From Phoronis australis (Eukaryota > Animalia > Phoronida): a stretch of DNA of 64,000 nucleotides. A program made the translations under genes and the position numbers. Under the pieces are notes generated by a model. It was not told the origin of the DNA, did not search any database, and worked only from the letters and a program-made list of their open reading frames with translations. Numbering within the stretch: position 1 is the stretch's first letter; the number at the start of each line of letters is the position of its first letter. Location of the stretch: positions 600,911-664,910 of the forward strand of contig NMRA01000032.1 in the NCBI GenBank assembly GCA_002633005.1, written 5' to 3'. Shown here piece after piece: positions 1-13,712 of the stretch.

Positions 1-1200
1 TAGTGCATAGCTGGGTAGCGACTGAGAAATTGGCAGCGTTTTCAGGTAGCCCTCAAACAAACCAGATTTGCAAAAAAATTAGTTGGTTGACAGTACTTCT
101 AGACCACGTTTTGGAATCGGTAGGAAATTTTCTTTCGGGATCTTGTGTTGACTTTAGTCGAGCATCGGCTGGGAAGTGGTGGCTTTGTGGTAAAAAGTTT
201 CGATTTTGCGTTTTTGCCCCTATTTATCTTAGTCTAGCTTGGTTTTCAGCAGGAGTGAAAGCATCAAAAATACAAGTGAGAATAAAGTTTCTGTCTTCAT
301 GTGCAGGTATTGTGATGTGAAATGATGCAAAACTTTTCATTCTTTGCCTGTAGTTTTTGACAGAGTGAAAAAAGGGTGAAGTGTCCATTGCTGTGTTCTG
401 ATAGGTAAACCCCTGTGAGAACTGTTCTGTGCCCCTATAAATGAGAATCCACAAGGACATGACGACTCGGCAGCAGTTGTTCGCAGGTGGCGCGCAGAAC
501 GCCCGTAGGACAATAGCGACCGCTAGAGGAAAAGTTGTGGCGCATCTCGGAGTATCTAATCCGTGCCCATAGTCCAACTACACTGGTATCATAAAGTAAA
601 AGGATGTTGAACCCAATTTTGACTCCCTATTCAGCTCTCTAAAACAGAATAGTGCTCAGTAACCCTTGTCAACCCTCAAAAGTTTACAGCAAATTTGAAA
701 TTCTCTTACAAAGTCTGCTAACAGCATATCCAATGCTTTACAAGAGTCACACAACATCTGTGGTGATCAAAAGACCACCAATTCAGAACCGTAGTATCTA
801 TTCCATGATACACTGGAGCCTTGTCGACAAGTTTATGTATTTAGTAGCCAAATAGCAACAAAACTATAGATTTTAACTCAGTTAAAGTATATATTTTCCG
901 CTGAAAAAAGAAAAACTGTTAGAACTCGATGTTTAATAATCTTCCATTAATCGGATCAAGTGATCATGCTTCTCATTTAGAATTAGCAAAAATGAAAGGT
1001 ACATTCATAGCAGAACAACAATATCAACAACACGACTAAATTCCACCTGATATGAATATTCATGGTGAAATCTCAAACGCTCTTCTCATTTAGTTTTCGT
1101 TTTATGCAACTTTATTTTTTTTCTAAAAATCATCGGAACCTTACTTTGATAGCCCCTCATGCAATAGTAGAAGATTTTATAATAATTCCTAGAAGTTGAA

Positions 1201-1283
1201 AACTTCATCTCTCAGAAATGGCTGGTTGGAGTCATTTGAAAATTTCATAAAAATTCAACCAGCCATTTCTGAGACACGAAGTT
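1201..1283. repeat. Inverted repeat/hairpin
   Basis: TCTCAGAAATGGCTGGTTG ... CAACCAGCCATTTCTGAGA, 19-bp perfect core. Confidence 0.8.
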
Positions 1284-2924
1284 CCGAAATTAGCCATATT
1301 TGGAATTTGTAGGGTCTTACATAGTATTATTTTTGTAGAATCTTGCTTTTGTCAGTCAAGTGAGACGTCAATGTTGCATTAGCAGGGCACAAAATGAGAG
1401 TCGGTTGAACTCACATAAACAGGGTTTGGTATTCTTTTAAAGAACACAAATGTTTGGACACCGTAATGAGTGAGTGCCTTTTCAAACACAAGTCTCACCA
1501 GGATCTCGTGAAGACGAAGTCATTGGTGCGAGACAAAGTTTGGTTAACGAATATGGATAAACTGTGCGAGTCTACTGTTGCGTGTCAAGTGGCTACAAAT
1601 AGCAACCATCGAGAAGCTTTACAAATGACAAAATCACTTAATGGGCCTTGAGGGAAAGTTAGTATGTACTGTATACCGATCAGCACTGAATCGTTACGGA
1701 CTGCAAAATATCAATATTTATAACACAGAGACAATGTTATTTTGAACACCTGTTGCATTAGTCGTCACGGTCAAAATTGAAGAACGAGAGCGCTCGGAGG
1801 AGCGACATTTGGCGGAATTAATCGAAAAGACGACGAACACGATATCATTCATGTGACTAGCGAAGAAATCAAATAGAGAGTATACAATCAAGTACATTAA
1901 AGAATGAAAGCCCGTTCAAAACTCTATCTAAAGTGGTAGTTTGGCAAACACGATAACGTTTATGTGACTAGCGAAGAAATCAAATAGAGAGCACACAATC
2001 AACTACAATGAAGAACAATAGATGGCGCAACATGACGGTCCAGTCTACAGTACAACAGTGCTGGCTGGGTCAGTCTGGGTCAACTAGGCATAATCAAAAC
2101 AAAGTGAACTGAAAGCCAGCCAGCTGCGTGCTTGCATTTAGGAGACCGAAGGAAAAACGGTATCCGAAAATCTCAAATAATTCAAAAAGTAGACGTCGTA
2201 GTGCAAAATGGAAAATATCTTCTGAAAGCCCGTTCAAAATTCTATCTAAAGTGGTAGTTTGGCAAAAATCCAAAAATTTTTCGAGAAAATTGAAAATTTG
2301 TCGTTTTTTTGAAATTCAAAGTCAAATAACTCGAAAACGGTAAGTCTGAGAAATACGCTCTCGCAGACTTTTTGAAAGGCCATACTTCAAGGAATCCACA
2401 TGCAAAAATTCACGTCATTTGCTCTTCCCGTTAAAAATTCGACACCAGAGCGATTGAACGTGTGAACATGCACTTCAGCCGCCATCTTGAAAGTGACTTC
2501 CGGTTCAATAATTTTTTATAAAAGCTTATTAACTTCAACGAACACGTGACCAGTTTGAAAGTGATTGGTTTGCAAATGCGCCCTCTACAGGAGAAAACGT
2601 TTTTAGCCATATTTCGGGGTGCGCATGCGCCACGTCCAATATTTCCGCCATCTTTAACCAGAAGTCAACGATTTTCTGCACAGTTGTAGCATATGCGTTG
2701 TTGTATATTCGTACAGATTTTCAGCCATGTAAGTCGAAAAATGCGGCCTCTACGAGCATTTGACTGTGAAATCGGATACAAAATGGCCGCCATGTCCGCC
2801 ATTTTATATCCGATCATGACCAAAAACAATAGGCTTCCAGGACTTTCCGATCTACACGTCGTGTGCAAATTTCGTGAAAATCGGACGAAACTTGTTGAAC
2901 GCGGCCCAGTTGGTCTTTGTTGTC

Positions 2925-3350
2925 TGTTCCCAAGATGAGCTTTGATATCTCGGCTCTCCTTCCGGCCCATGGCCTTCTTGTGTAGTGCCTTGTAGAACTT
3001 GCGACTAAACCTGTTAATGACCTTGGCGTTGGCTACTATCAAGTCGCCTGCCTTCGTATGGTCTTGCAGTACTCGGGGCAGGACGTTCCCACGTCTGTTA
3101 TACGAGATGGCTAGTTTGGCAAATAAACACCACGGACTGTTCCACCTAGCGAAGGAGCCCCTTCGGGTCTCACTAATTTCTGCCAAAGGGTGCGGAGCGG
3201 GCCCAAAGTATCCAGCAGGCGCTGCTGCACATATTCATAACTGTCTGCAACGGTCACTGGCTTGTGAGACGGCGGTGGCACATCCCCATCCATGCGCGCA
3301 CCCAGCCTTCACTATGGGGGAGCTCGATTTCCTAACGTTGTGGACCTTTT
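2925..3350 (-). mobile_element. Degenerate DIRS-type (tyrosine recombinase retrotransposon) gag-like fragment
   Basis: Frameshifted pieces QQRLLDTLGPLRTLW / VEQSVVFICQ / ISYNRRGNVL..VL.D..KA..LI / KFYKAL resemble invertebrate DIRS gag; recognised from memory only. Confidence 0.45.
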
Positions 3351-4240
3351 GGTAACAAAATAGCCGGCGGACTGAAGAAAAAAACGGGCACACTACTGTG
3401 AATTGCGCGTTTGTGCTTCTTTAGTGGACTTTTGTCTCATTTTCTCCGACTTTTTTTTCTCACACGCAGACATTTTTGCCCACTTCGCCAAATGGGGGGC
3501 TCGTTCGAGCATAAGATCGAGTAGTTCTACTCGATAACGGCACGTTCGGTTGCGCTACCTGACACCTGACGGCAGACGGAGGTGTTTAAATTATCCAACG
3601 ACGTCATTGGTTTCACACGCAGTCTGTTCAGCAGTTCACAACACGGGTTCCTGGTGTCAGTTTATCGCTTGAATTCATCGTTGAACACCAATAAATCATC
3701 AAAATTCGATGTAAAACCCTGAAAAATACACCGAGTTCTTATAAAAACGTGTTGTTTTATTTCGCTGTTACGGATTTATTGGTATTTGGACACACCGTAG
3801 CCTACAAAGTTCGGCAGGCCAATTTACCAAGGTCAGTAGCAGGAGTTTGGGGTCTGTTCGGAGATAAATTCGAAGTATTCTTCCGTGAAATACAGACAGG
3901 AGAACCTAGATCTGTGTTGTTTAGACTTGTGATTTCTTGAGTTCTAAACACACAAAAGGCTTATTATCCCGGCCAGTGGCTCGGAACCCGATCGGGCCCG
4001 TCGCGGCCGCCGGGACTGGCACGAACATAAACCAGCTTAAGTTGGAAACTAAACCTCCAGTCACGAAAAGACTATAATAGTGAGCCAAAGAAATAATGTG
4101 CACGTAATTATTTATATGGATTAGCCACGAAACAGAAAATTCACTTACTTGTCGGGGGCCACGAAGTCGGGTTCCCCTTCAACAGACCGTCAGGGCAAAG
4201 GTCGTACAGTAACAATGATTTGAATAATGTATTTGTATTT

Positions 4241-5110
4241 CTAAATAAAGATTCCCCTAACATGTGACCATAGCATATAAAATCGAGTAATTGCTTTACA
4301 ACAGCTTTCTGTCAGAAAACACTGAATTAGATTGCGCTCACACGGCCTTGGTGCCCGGTCAATTACCTTTATTGCCTGCATCAAAAGCCGGTAAAGCAGT
4401 AGTTTAGTCATTGCTGGCTTCTCAACATTTGCACTCACGAATACTGCAAAGGCATTACAAATTTTATCTAATGAGACAGACTTTGTTTCAGTTTTGTATA
4501 AGCATTGGTTAGGATGAGAATAATTCATTTTGAATAAACGTCTACATGGCAACTCGCCCGGCGCCAATCCCGACTTATTGAAGAGCTCATCCGATCCGAA
4601 GAAGACTTCACGGGTCGGATCGTTAGGTTTCCCAGTTCGAACCGGAATACACTGATCAAGAAATACTAGAGAGGCCCCGTGAACATGCAACGTAACGTAT
4701 GGATAATTCTTTGGTTAGCCGGAATTCGTCAGAGTAATCACTGTCGATGAAATGCCGGTCACAGACACGGAGATGTTTCACGGCCTCATACTTGCTACTG
4801 ACAGCGTACCTTTCATGCTTCACCGCGAACCACTTCCTAAGTATTTCGGGCTCTCGGGGAAGTCGAAAAAACGATATACCCGCTTTCTTTGCAGCTTCAT
4901 AGTTCGGACAAGCGGGAACGATGCACCGCAATATAGCGGCATTCGCTCTGCAGACGAACCACTGACGACGCTGTGTCGTTTCTCACCTTCCTCACAGGTT
5001 AACGCGACACCTCTCGGCAAGGTGAGGTCGACCGTATAAGAGGCGATGTGGATATAGACCGATTAGGAAGGTAAAAAAGACTAATTAAATCGGGTGGCAT
5101 TCTCCTTTAA
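4241..5110 (-). mobile_element. THAP-domain DNA transposon 5' portion (Kolobok-like); THAP ORF 4931-4656
   Basis: C2CH THAP signature RCIVPAC...FFRLP......RKW...LRVCDRHF; upstream terminus reads TTAA|AGGAGAATGCCACCC on the minus strand (5110-5092). No DDE core or second end found. Confidence 0.6.
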
Positions 5111-8100
5111 TGCCGTGTTCGTAATTATATTCCACATTTTCGGCTCGTCGATGTTGTCCAAGCGTTGCTGCTGTCATTCACAGCGGCTATAGAGTCGTTG
5201 TCATGTTTGGTGTAAGCGACGTCGTTTCACTAGCGATGGAGTTGCTCTCATTGGAAATGCCGCGATGTCATTGAGTGGCTGAGAGTGGCTGATGGCATTG
5301 TCGGCCCGTAGTTGTTACTGCCATCTTCTATGTCTTGTCATCGTTATTGTGATGGCCGTCTTCGTGGTGGGTGTTCCTGCTTTTGTCGTCGACTTCATTT
5401 CTAAGCTTTTCATTCGATTTCGCGAAGTGTCGCTCCTCTGAGAGTTTTCATTTTAAGACTTTCCGAGACAAATTGCAAAATTTATCATGTCATCATGCGA
5501 GCGTAGATGTAATTATGCTTATATTTGATTTGTTTTCATTTTGAAGTGACTAACAAGCCCAGTTCAGGTTGGGTACACATTGTTATTTCACTTCATATGT
5601 TAATGGTTCTCAAATTCCAACATTTCATCCATACCCATAATTTCATACAAACTTCTCAAAGGTTCGTTTGATGTATACGTTCAAGATGAAATCTCGTAAT
5701 TGTTTCAGGCGGATTCGAACTGTACAGCACCGTCTAAGTACCCTTTTGAACTCCACAGGGTGCTTTTCACTCTTTTTAGGGAAGAAAGTTTTCAGATGAT
5801 GTCTAGCGGAACCAAACAATGATTATCAGTGAAACCTGACCCAGAGGCATTTGACGTCAATGTGCACGGGGCAAGTCAAAGTTTCTGCAGCAGCCTCTAA
5901 TGACCATTTTGTATGGTTGTCCTGTTATCCAGCTGTCGGCTCGATATCAGCAAAAAACGGGTCGTATTTTGATGAAATTTGGCAATGGGTTTAGGCCATC
6001 GTGTCACTGTTCATTCTGCCTCTGGTCGGGGAAGAGCATTTCGGAATGATGTCTAGAAAAGCGGTTGATAAAATGCAATGAATCTTTTGGACACCGAGGT
6101 ATGTGGCGGTAATGGGCTGTCGATTTTTGGACGGATTTCACAAATGTCGCACCCCCTAGTGTCCGTTCCATTTTGGAGATGATAGATTTGAGCAAATTCC
6201 AAAAAGTGCAGTGCCCATTACGTCACTTTGTTTTTGTCTTTATAAAATCTGTGTTGAATTTTAACCAATCACTGAAGTGTGAGATACAACTGGTCGGTTT
6301 TTAAGTCGAGCTTCGAGTACAAAGTTTAGTCCCCGTGTCCTGCACCAAACTTCACTCTCAACACTCAATACTAAAGTGGACCAATTATGTGGCACGTTTC
6401 TAGAAGGTTTGTCGCTAATTTGGGCTGTCGTGGTCCTTTATCATTTGTATTATCAGGTACCAGATTAATTTGATGCGTTTTCATGATTGTTGCAATTTTG
6501 GAGTTCACTACCTATCCGCGCAGCCGCTTCAAGCTCCAGTACTTCAAGTCTTTAGTGTATGTTTAAAGATTGGCTTCAAAAATAAACACAATTTCGTAAA
6601 AATACCTCTCGGCGTTGTTTATTTACGTTCATAAACAATAACTGCACGAATATGCTAAAATTCGCGAACTGACATTAGAAATAGTTGCCATGGTTTGGCT
6701 AAATAGCACCCTCTTTACTAAATGAACTCGCTATTTATATTTTAACATTTTGCCCGTGCGCTTTCACTGACACATGCAAAATTATGGTTCAACCAGTGTT
6801 GAGTTGACAAAATCTCGGGTGGAAAGTGGGTCCAGTTCATAGCCGCTTTAAAAGCTGGTGAATAATTATTGCAAACTGGGTTTTAAACAATGAGTTGATT
6901 CAAAGTCGGACACAAAGATTTATTTTCCACACAAATACGCCACTGAGAGACATACACTTTTTGGTACATGAACTCTCGTGACCTGTGGCTAATTTTACAC
7001 CGTCCGTGTGACGTCAGCCGCAGCGGAATGTAAGTCAAGGTGCTTGGTTAAGATTCTTAGCAGTCAGCCGAGCGCCCCTTAGCGATAAGTAAATGAGAAA
7101 CCATGTGATTGATGGGAATCATGTTTCATGTCAAATCTTTGCTTCAGCAGTACGTACGTTTCAGTTCAACCCACTCGAGTATTTTGTACGAATTTTAAAT
7201 CTATCTTATCCAACAATAATTCCTAGTAATACGTTTTCTTGCCGTAATACCGATATTGTCGGTGTATTGGCCATGCTGACGATTTCCTCACTTTCATTTC
7301 AATTCCAAAAACCATAATATTCAAGATCTTTCTGTACAAATAATAGAAAAGCTCCAACACCCCAGTACCCCTCGCAGACTCAAAAGAGAACAATATTGGA
7401 TAGACAAGCTCAATACAATAGAACCTCATGGATTGAACATAAAAACTTCTTAAAATATGTCATTCAATTTTTTACGCAAAAATGTATCATACTCATTACA
7501 CCATATCTTAAATGTCAATTGTCATACAGTGTTTGATTTTACTTTATTTCTGTTTTTGTTGAGGAAGGACGTTATTACATCCGAAAAATTCAGTTGATCC
7601 ATTCTTGTTGTTTTATTTATCTATTTATATTCTACATTTCGTGAAACAATAGTATCCTTGGGAGGATCTGGATCGCCTTATTTAGTTTCAGATTTATTTT
7701 CTACGTTATTCATGATTCATCCTATGTATGATCTTGTGAAATTTCTAAACTCGATTGGATAGCAACTCTCGCTAAATAGAGCTACAGTTAGAGGAGCATA
7801 AAAACTTGATTTAAAAAAATGTGAGGAAATCTCAAATATCAAATGCTTGCAGATAAATCTAGCCGCACAGGAAAAACGAAGTTCCCTCTCTGATAAGGCC
7901 ACACGATTAAAGGACTGGAGCTACGGCCCACGGACAAATTCCTTCGGTAGTGTAATGAGCGCCAAATGAAATAAAGCAAAAGAGTGTCGGAGACATCCAT
8001 ATGGAAAATGTAATATTGAAGGCGCTATAAGAGATTGAAAATTCCCTACACCGTGGTTGTGCTGACAGCAAGAGGCATGAAATGCATATCATTTTGAGTT

Positions 8101-8699
8101 ATTCTTATTCAAAATGTGTCTCATGGTTTGACGCCAGGGACTTAGGAACCTCGCCCTTTCAAAACGTACATCCAAAACGTGAATCTAGTAAAATGAACTT
8201 TCCCCAAACTGGACCATAAAAAATGAATCTTGACCTTAGGGCCAGGGCAGACGGACAGCCGAGCTGGACTGCTTGCCTCAAGAATCATGGCTGCGCAGTT
8301 TTTGTGGGAAAGTAAGTGCGACTAATACTCCAGACCAGATGTTTATTGTATATAGGCCTACAGTATGAGCGGGAAATAGCCTTTTGCAGTTTGTGATAAA
8401 AGCAACAGTCCTTGATGTCCCTCAAATTGCATCACGACAATTTTACTTTATGAGAGAACTTATGAAAACAACTGAAATGCTTAATCATGTGAGCCAGCAT
8501 TTTCTAATGGGCTAACTATGAATTGATATTTTTACAAATAACGTGTAGTAATCAATAATCCTTTAGATGTGAAATTCCCTTATTAGCAAAGTCAACTTCT
8601 GCGGCCTTTGACTTTAATTTACAGTGCCCTTTAATCATTATTTAGGAACTCGAACGACGCATGCCCAAAATGAATAGAATGTTGCCAAAGCAGGCTTTG

Positions 8700-9520
8700 T
8701 GAGAAAAATCTTTATCTTCCCATGTATCAAACTTGGTTGAAGGCACGGCTGTACTTTTGTAAGACTGCTTAATATATACTCGTTCGTATAGCCTCTTTAC
8801 AAGTTCATATCACCAGGCGTGCAGTTATGAAGACTCTTCTAAGAGACATAACATACAAACAAGTTAAAAAAAAACTTGCTATATTTCGATACGACATGTC
8901 TCATCATCAAGCAAATGGTGAATGAACTGGGAGGAAATGAAATAAACAGGAAAATAAACGGTAACAGCAGGTAGAAAGGCATACAAGTAGGGACTGTGAA
9001 AGTATCACATGGTAGGAAGCCCACAAGCCTAACTGAGCTGAGCCAGCGTACGGTATACACCTGTGGGCTGGCACGAACAAGAATATATTAAGCTGTCTGT
9101 AACAAACAGTACTGTCGTTTCTTCAACCAAGTTTGTGCCAATGAAGGGTAGCTACCGAATTATACTTCCCATGTCCCTGGGTCATTTTTTCACAAGACTT
9201 TCCTCATGTGGTTTACTAAAAATAATAAAAGGATCTCTCCTTTCAAAAGTGCCTTTAGTGCACCAGAAAGACAAATATGTTGTTTTCTGAGTATATGTAC
9301 AGATCGAGGCTCATTATCAGAAACTTCCAGTAAAAACCAGTCACAAACAACTGCTATTCAAAAGCGCGGGTGTCAAAGAAATTTGACAAAATGTGGAATG
9401 TGCGGCCTTCACAATAGTGCAAAAACACACCTGGATTATATAACGATCATTCTCTGTTCTGCTCACGTTTCCTGCGCAAGAATTAGCTACTCTAAGTTAA
9501 AGAAATTTGTCCATAAAAAG
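8700..9520. mobile_element. Old Penelope-like terminal/N-terminal relic in inverted arrangement
   Basis: 8731-8790 (minus) is homologous to 9072-9135 (plus); the latter reads FNQVCANEG*LPNYT, similar to 42320 [13 protein letters not shown]; hammerhead-like motif at 8876-8914. Confidence 0.4.
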
Positions 9521-12500
9521 ACACCAAAATGACGGCTACGACGTCTGTCTTAAGATCACGAGAGTCGGCCTCGTTTCTTAATCAACCAATGGCATTCAAT
9601 TACAAACTAGGTCTTCAGGTTATACTGTTGACATCTTGTCACAAATCACACCATCAATATTCGGCAGTAAACACTCATCGACAAGATGGCGTCGAGAGTA
9701 AAGCACGTGTGTGGAAAATGTTGACATGTTTGCATATAGTGCCGACTTCTTTCTTTAAATGAGTTTTTTGGTTTGGGTTTGTAACTAATGCTGTATTTTG
9801 CTTCATTCAGGCCTTGCAAATACCACAGGTATGATTATAATTTCATTCAGGCCTTGCAACTACCACAGGTATGATTTTAATTTGCATTATTTGGGCAAAG
9901 TTGTGCCCCACGGTTTAACAATCTTGTGGAGCTTGTCTGTAAATACTCATTAACAGATGGGTCACATCGCTAGTAGAAACCAAACTGATGGTCTTTGTGG
10001 CATTTCAGGTCCAGCAATTCTGACACCTACTTGATCATTCAATATCAACCCGCTAGTCAGTCAACCAATCAATCGCTTCATTTTCGCAAACAGAACTGAT
10101 ACCGAGAATGAAAGCGCACTTGGCGAAATCTAATGAAAAAAGACGTTAGGTCGATGACTAAAGCAAGAAGGCCAAAAAATAGGCCTTAAGCTTTCCACGA
10201 GATACACGGCGTCTTTTAATTTCCTGGATATCAGACGTAAAATGAACTACTCCGGTAGCTGAGTCATTGGACTAGGATTATTTTTAATGTTTATCACGAA
10301 AAATACAGTATACAATAATAAGAGTTAAGCCTAAAATTAGCGCTAAAAAGCATTACATCTGGGCGTGTACCAGGATTATGATAGATCAAATTTCTTAGAA
10401 TACCAACTGCTGTAGAAATAACTTCAAAAAAACTTGATATGTTTCCAAGCAAAAAAAAAGTTTAAAAGTGTACAAAGGGAACTTTCATTCAGCCAGAGGC
10501 ATCAGACTGCCGCCTGGCTACTGCCGTGCACTGGTCCATGGGATGAACATAAGTTCCACGGGTTTTGCATAGCTGGAATTCGGGGTCAAAAAGATTTTAA
10601 AAAATACTGCGTCATGCTCCTGACACTAGAACAATTTCCCATCGACGACATTCACCTCATAAACTACAGTTTACAACACTTTTCCCAGTTCAGCACCACC
10701 TTTTGCGTTTGCGTTTTCTATTAATTAATAGCAAAACATTTTGATTTTAGACAGCGGAGGCATTGATTTTTCTCACGCTTTAAAATGTGTTTTGTCAAAT
10801 AATTGGTATTTTAAGTCAGATAAGTAAATAGTGATGGTTTTTCCTAGCGAAGAGTCGACACAGGGCAATCGTCATGGCGGCGGAAAGGTCGTTACGATGG
10901 CTTGGCAGCAAAAATCAAGCACTGGTGCGCATTATTGCAACTCTGGCGAGAAGCGCTTGTTTCGAGATCAAGAAGTTTGTTTTTGTTTCTGTTTCTGTTT
11001 CTGTTTGCTGAGAAATCATCGTGTGTGGGTGTTTTCTACTGCTTTATTGTCATTTTTAAAGGAGTAGGGAGGAGGAGCGGCGGTGACGATTTGCTGCTAC
11101 GTTACGTAGTGCACTGTTGGTAGCTGGCACAATTACCGGGTACTTTGCATCACAGTAGAAGAAAAAACACTTTGCAATTTAGAAAAGCTTTTCCTCTAAT
11201 TCATTTTCAGAGAGGGCCCTACTGCTGAAATTTGAAGCACCCTCGTGGTCAGGGCACTCGTGGCTGCAGGACGACGTATCACTTCTTGAACTTATCATTA
11301 CACGTCGTATGCAAAAAACAGCTAAAAATTAGACAACAGATTATCAATTGTATAAAATGAACAAAAATAAGGATCAAAAACAACCAAAAAGGTGGTATCA
11401 AGACGTTTTCAAAGACAACATTGCCGTTATCAAGTTCATGGTTACTCAACTGATGTGCAAGGAAGTCAGGTCTTGGAAATAGACGGGAACAGTCGATGAT
11501 TTTCTGATTGTGAGGCAGAGGTACAGAACTGTGCTCAAAAGAGATTGTAGTTTGATAGCAGAAAAGAGTTAAACATTATACCATGTTACACTGTACATAC
11601 CCATGTTCTTTTAGAGAGGCCTGGGACGCGAAAAACAGACTAAATTGTATTACTCAAGGTGGTTCTCTGCCAGTGAAACAGAATTCAACCTGTTCACCAG
11701 GTATTTTTACGGTTTGTTCGTAAAGATTTTGAAGTTCTGCTAATGTCAAGGCATTTTTCATTCAGTTTCAAATTTCCAAACAAACGATATGTCAACTGCT
11801 CGCCACATCGTCGATTTTTTCCCACAAAGCAAAGCTCATCTCCTTATTTAGTATGGCAACACATAGACGTAGCACATTTCCCTTATATGGAAATGAGACC
11901 TTTCACATAAAGAAAACAATGGCGAATTCAAGTAGCAGCTAGTCCAATTAAGAGGCAAAAACATGCAAGTCCCAACTGTTTAAAAGTAGTTATAAAGGTG
12001 CTATGTATCGTAGTATTCAAATATATTCTAAAATGCTCTTGGAATTCTTTTTGAAAATGGCTTGCCTCGTGTTGTGCTGTCGACCTCAGATTCGGAGTGC
12101 GATCACACATATGATAATCAGCCGTTAATATCCATCTTGTCACTTACATAATAGCTGTTTGTCAAAAAAGCATGAACTTTGTGCTTTATTGGAAATTTCC
12201 TCACAGGGGAACGTAAATAACTCTGTAGTAGATATTGAGACATGGTACTTTCATCAGGAATTGTTTGAAATATATTTTTCATTTTCGTTAAAATTTGCTC
12301 ATTCTTTCCAGTGTTTGATCTAGATTAACCTTGTGAGATAAAACTTTTAAGTAAGCTATAGCACCTGTCCGTAACGACTTAAAATTATTATTTCTGTAAA
12401 CTTTCCAGCAAAGCAAAACAAGGATGTTTGTCTTTTCTACAGAAGACGGGCTCAGAAATGCAATAAAAGGCAGACACTAGATATGGACTGCCATTAAATT

Positions 12501-13114
12501 GGACCGCAAGCCAACGCAACAATCGCGTGAATCAGACGTGCAACGTTCGGTGAACTAATCAGGTAGGCTTCGACGTATTTCATAAAGTTTGTTCTGTATA
12601 ACAGATAACTTTTGGATTTCCAAACTCAGCAGAAAAGTGGGACAACGTCGCCAGTTTGTCCACAACCTCACCTAAGTCTGCTCATGGAAAACCAGGGCAA
12701 GATCTTACAAGTTTCGGGCATTAATTCGTCTCACTGTGCAGCACTAGCTTGGCGCAATGACGTCAAGGATAGTGGGACAAATACCCATGTTCTTTCTCCA
12801 ATTTGGGACAGTGAAAATTAATTACTTTGGTCAAGGCCGGCCCAAATTCTAGAAATATACCGCCTCAAATTCAAGAATCACTAGAACGACGGCAAAATTA
12901 ACCTTGTCCGAAATTCTGGAATCAATGTGGTACGCGATGCAGGCTACGCATGTTACAATATGCCTTTTATATCAGTGGCGGATCTAGGATATCATAAGGG
13001 GGGCCCAAAATTTTGTCTGCGTGCACCCATCCTGAAAAATAGAGGACTAAAAGAAAGAAAAACGGGAAAACGGATGCGCAGGTGGTCTGAGTCAGACACT
13101 TGCAATCGGGTCGG

Positions 13115-13712
13115 CCACGTGACCTGTTTCCCGCCAGATGTGCGTTTGAAATTGTGCTGAAGATTTCTCAATTAATTTTCTGTATTTAAGTCTTACGTTA
13201 TCTTATACTTCACCCACGATGAGTGCTGACGAACCAAGAAAGAGGTATGCAAGCAAAGATAGCGCATCCTTAAACGACAGAGCAAAAAAACTTACTCAAA
13301 CAACCCTTGACTTCCGTCAGCTTGACCCGCCCCTGTGTGATTCGGACTCAAATGAGGACATTGCAAAGCTCGAAAAAGCGCTGACTTCGCCCCAAGTTAT
13401 TAAAACACTCCGTGAGCAACTATTCCAGCCTGCCCTGGATGATATAAAGGCCTACTACGAGTCCATCCTTAACCAGAAAGACAAAGAAATACAGCGGCTG
13501 AATGAGCAAGTCAACAATTTGTCAGCAAATCTAGACAACCTAGAGCAATACTCGCGTCGCAATAATATAGTTATATATGGAGTCGATGAGCCTGTAAATG
13601 AAAAACCTGGAGCTACTGACAACATTGTGATCGACTTGGGACGCAAACTGGGTCTTGAAATTAACCCCCAACAAATCAGCAGATCCCACAGACTCGGGCC
13701 CAAACTACGAAA
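13115..13712 (+). mobile_element. 5' end (UTR + ORF1) of a non-LTR retrotransposon, cut by the gap at 13713
   Basis: ORF from 13219: coiled coil followed by LEQYSRRNNIVIYGVDE...ISRSHRLG, the RRM-type ORF1 signature of L1/CR1/L2-like elements; absent from the duplicate block at 16369. Confidence 0.85.

Noticed and set aside
12441-12562. AG/GT-bounded exon-like segment (also in the duplicate block)
   Set aside because: Stops in all three frames; at most a non-coding exon, unsupported without transcripts.
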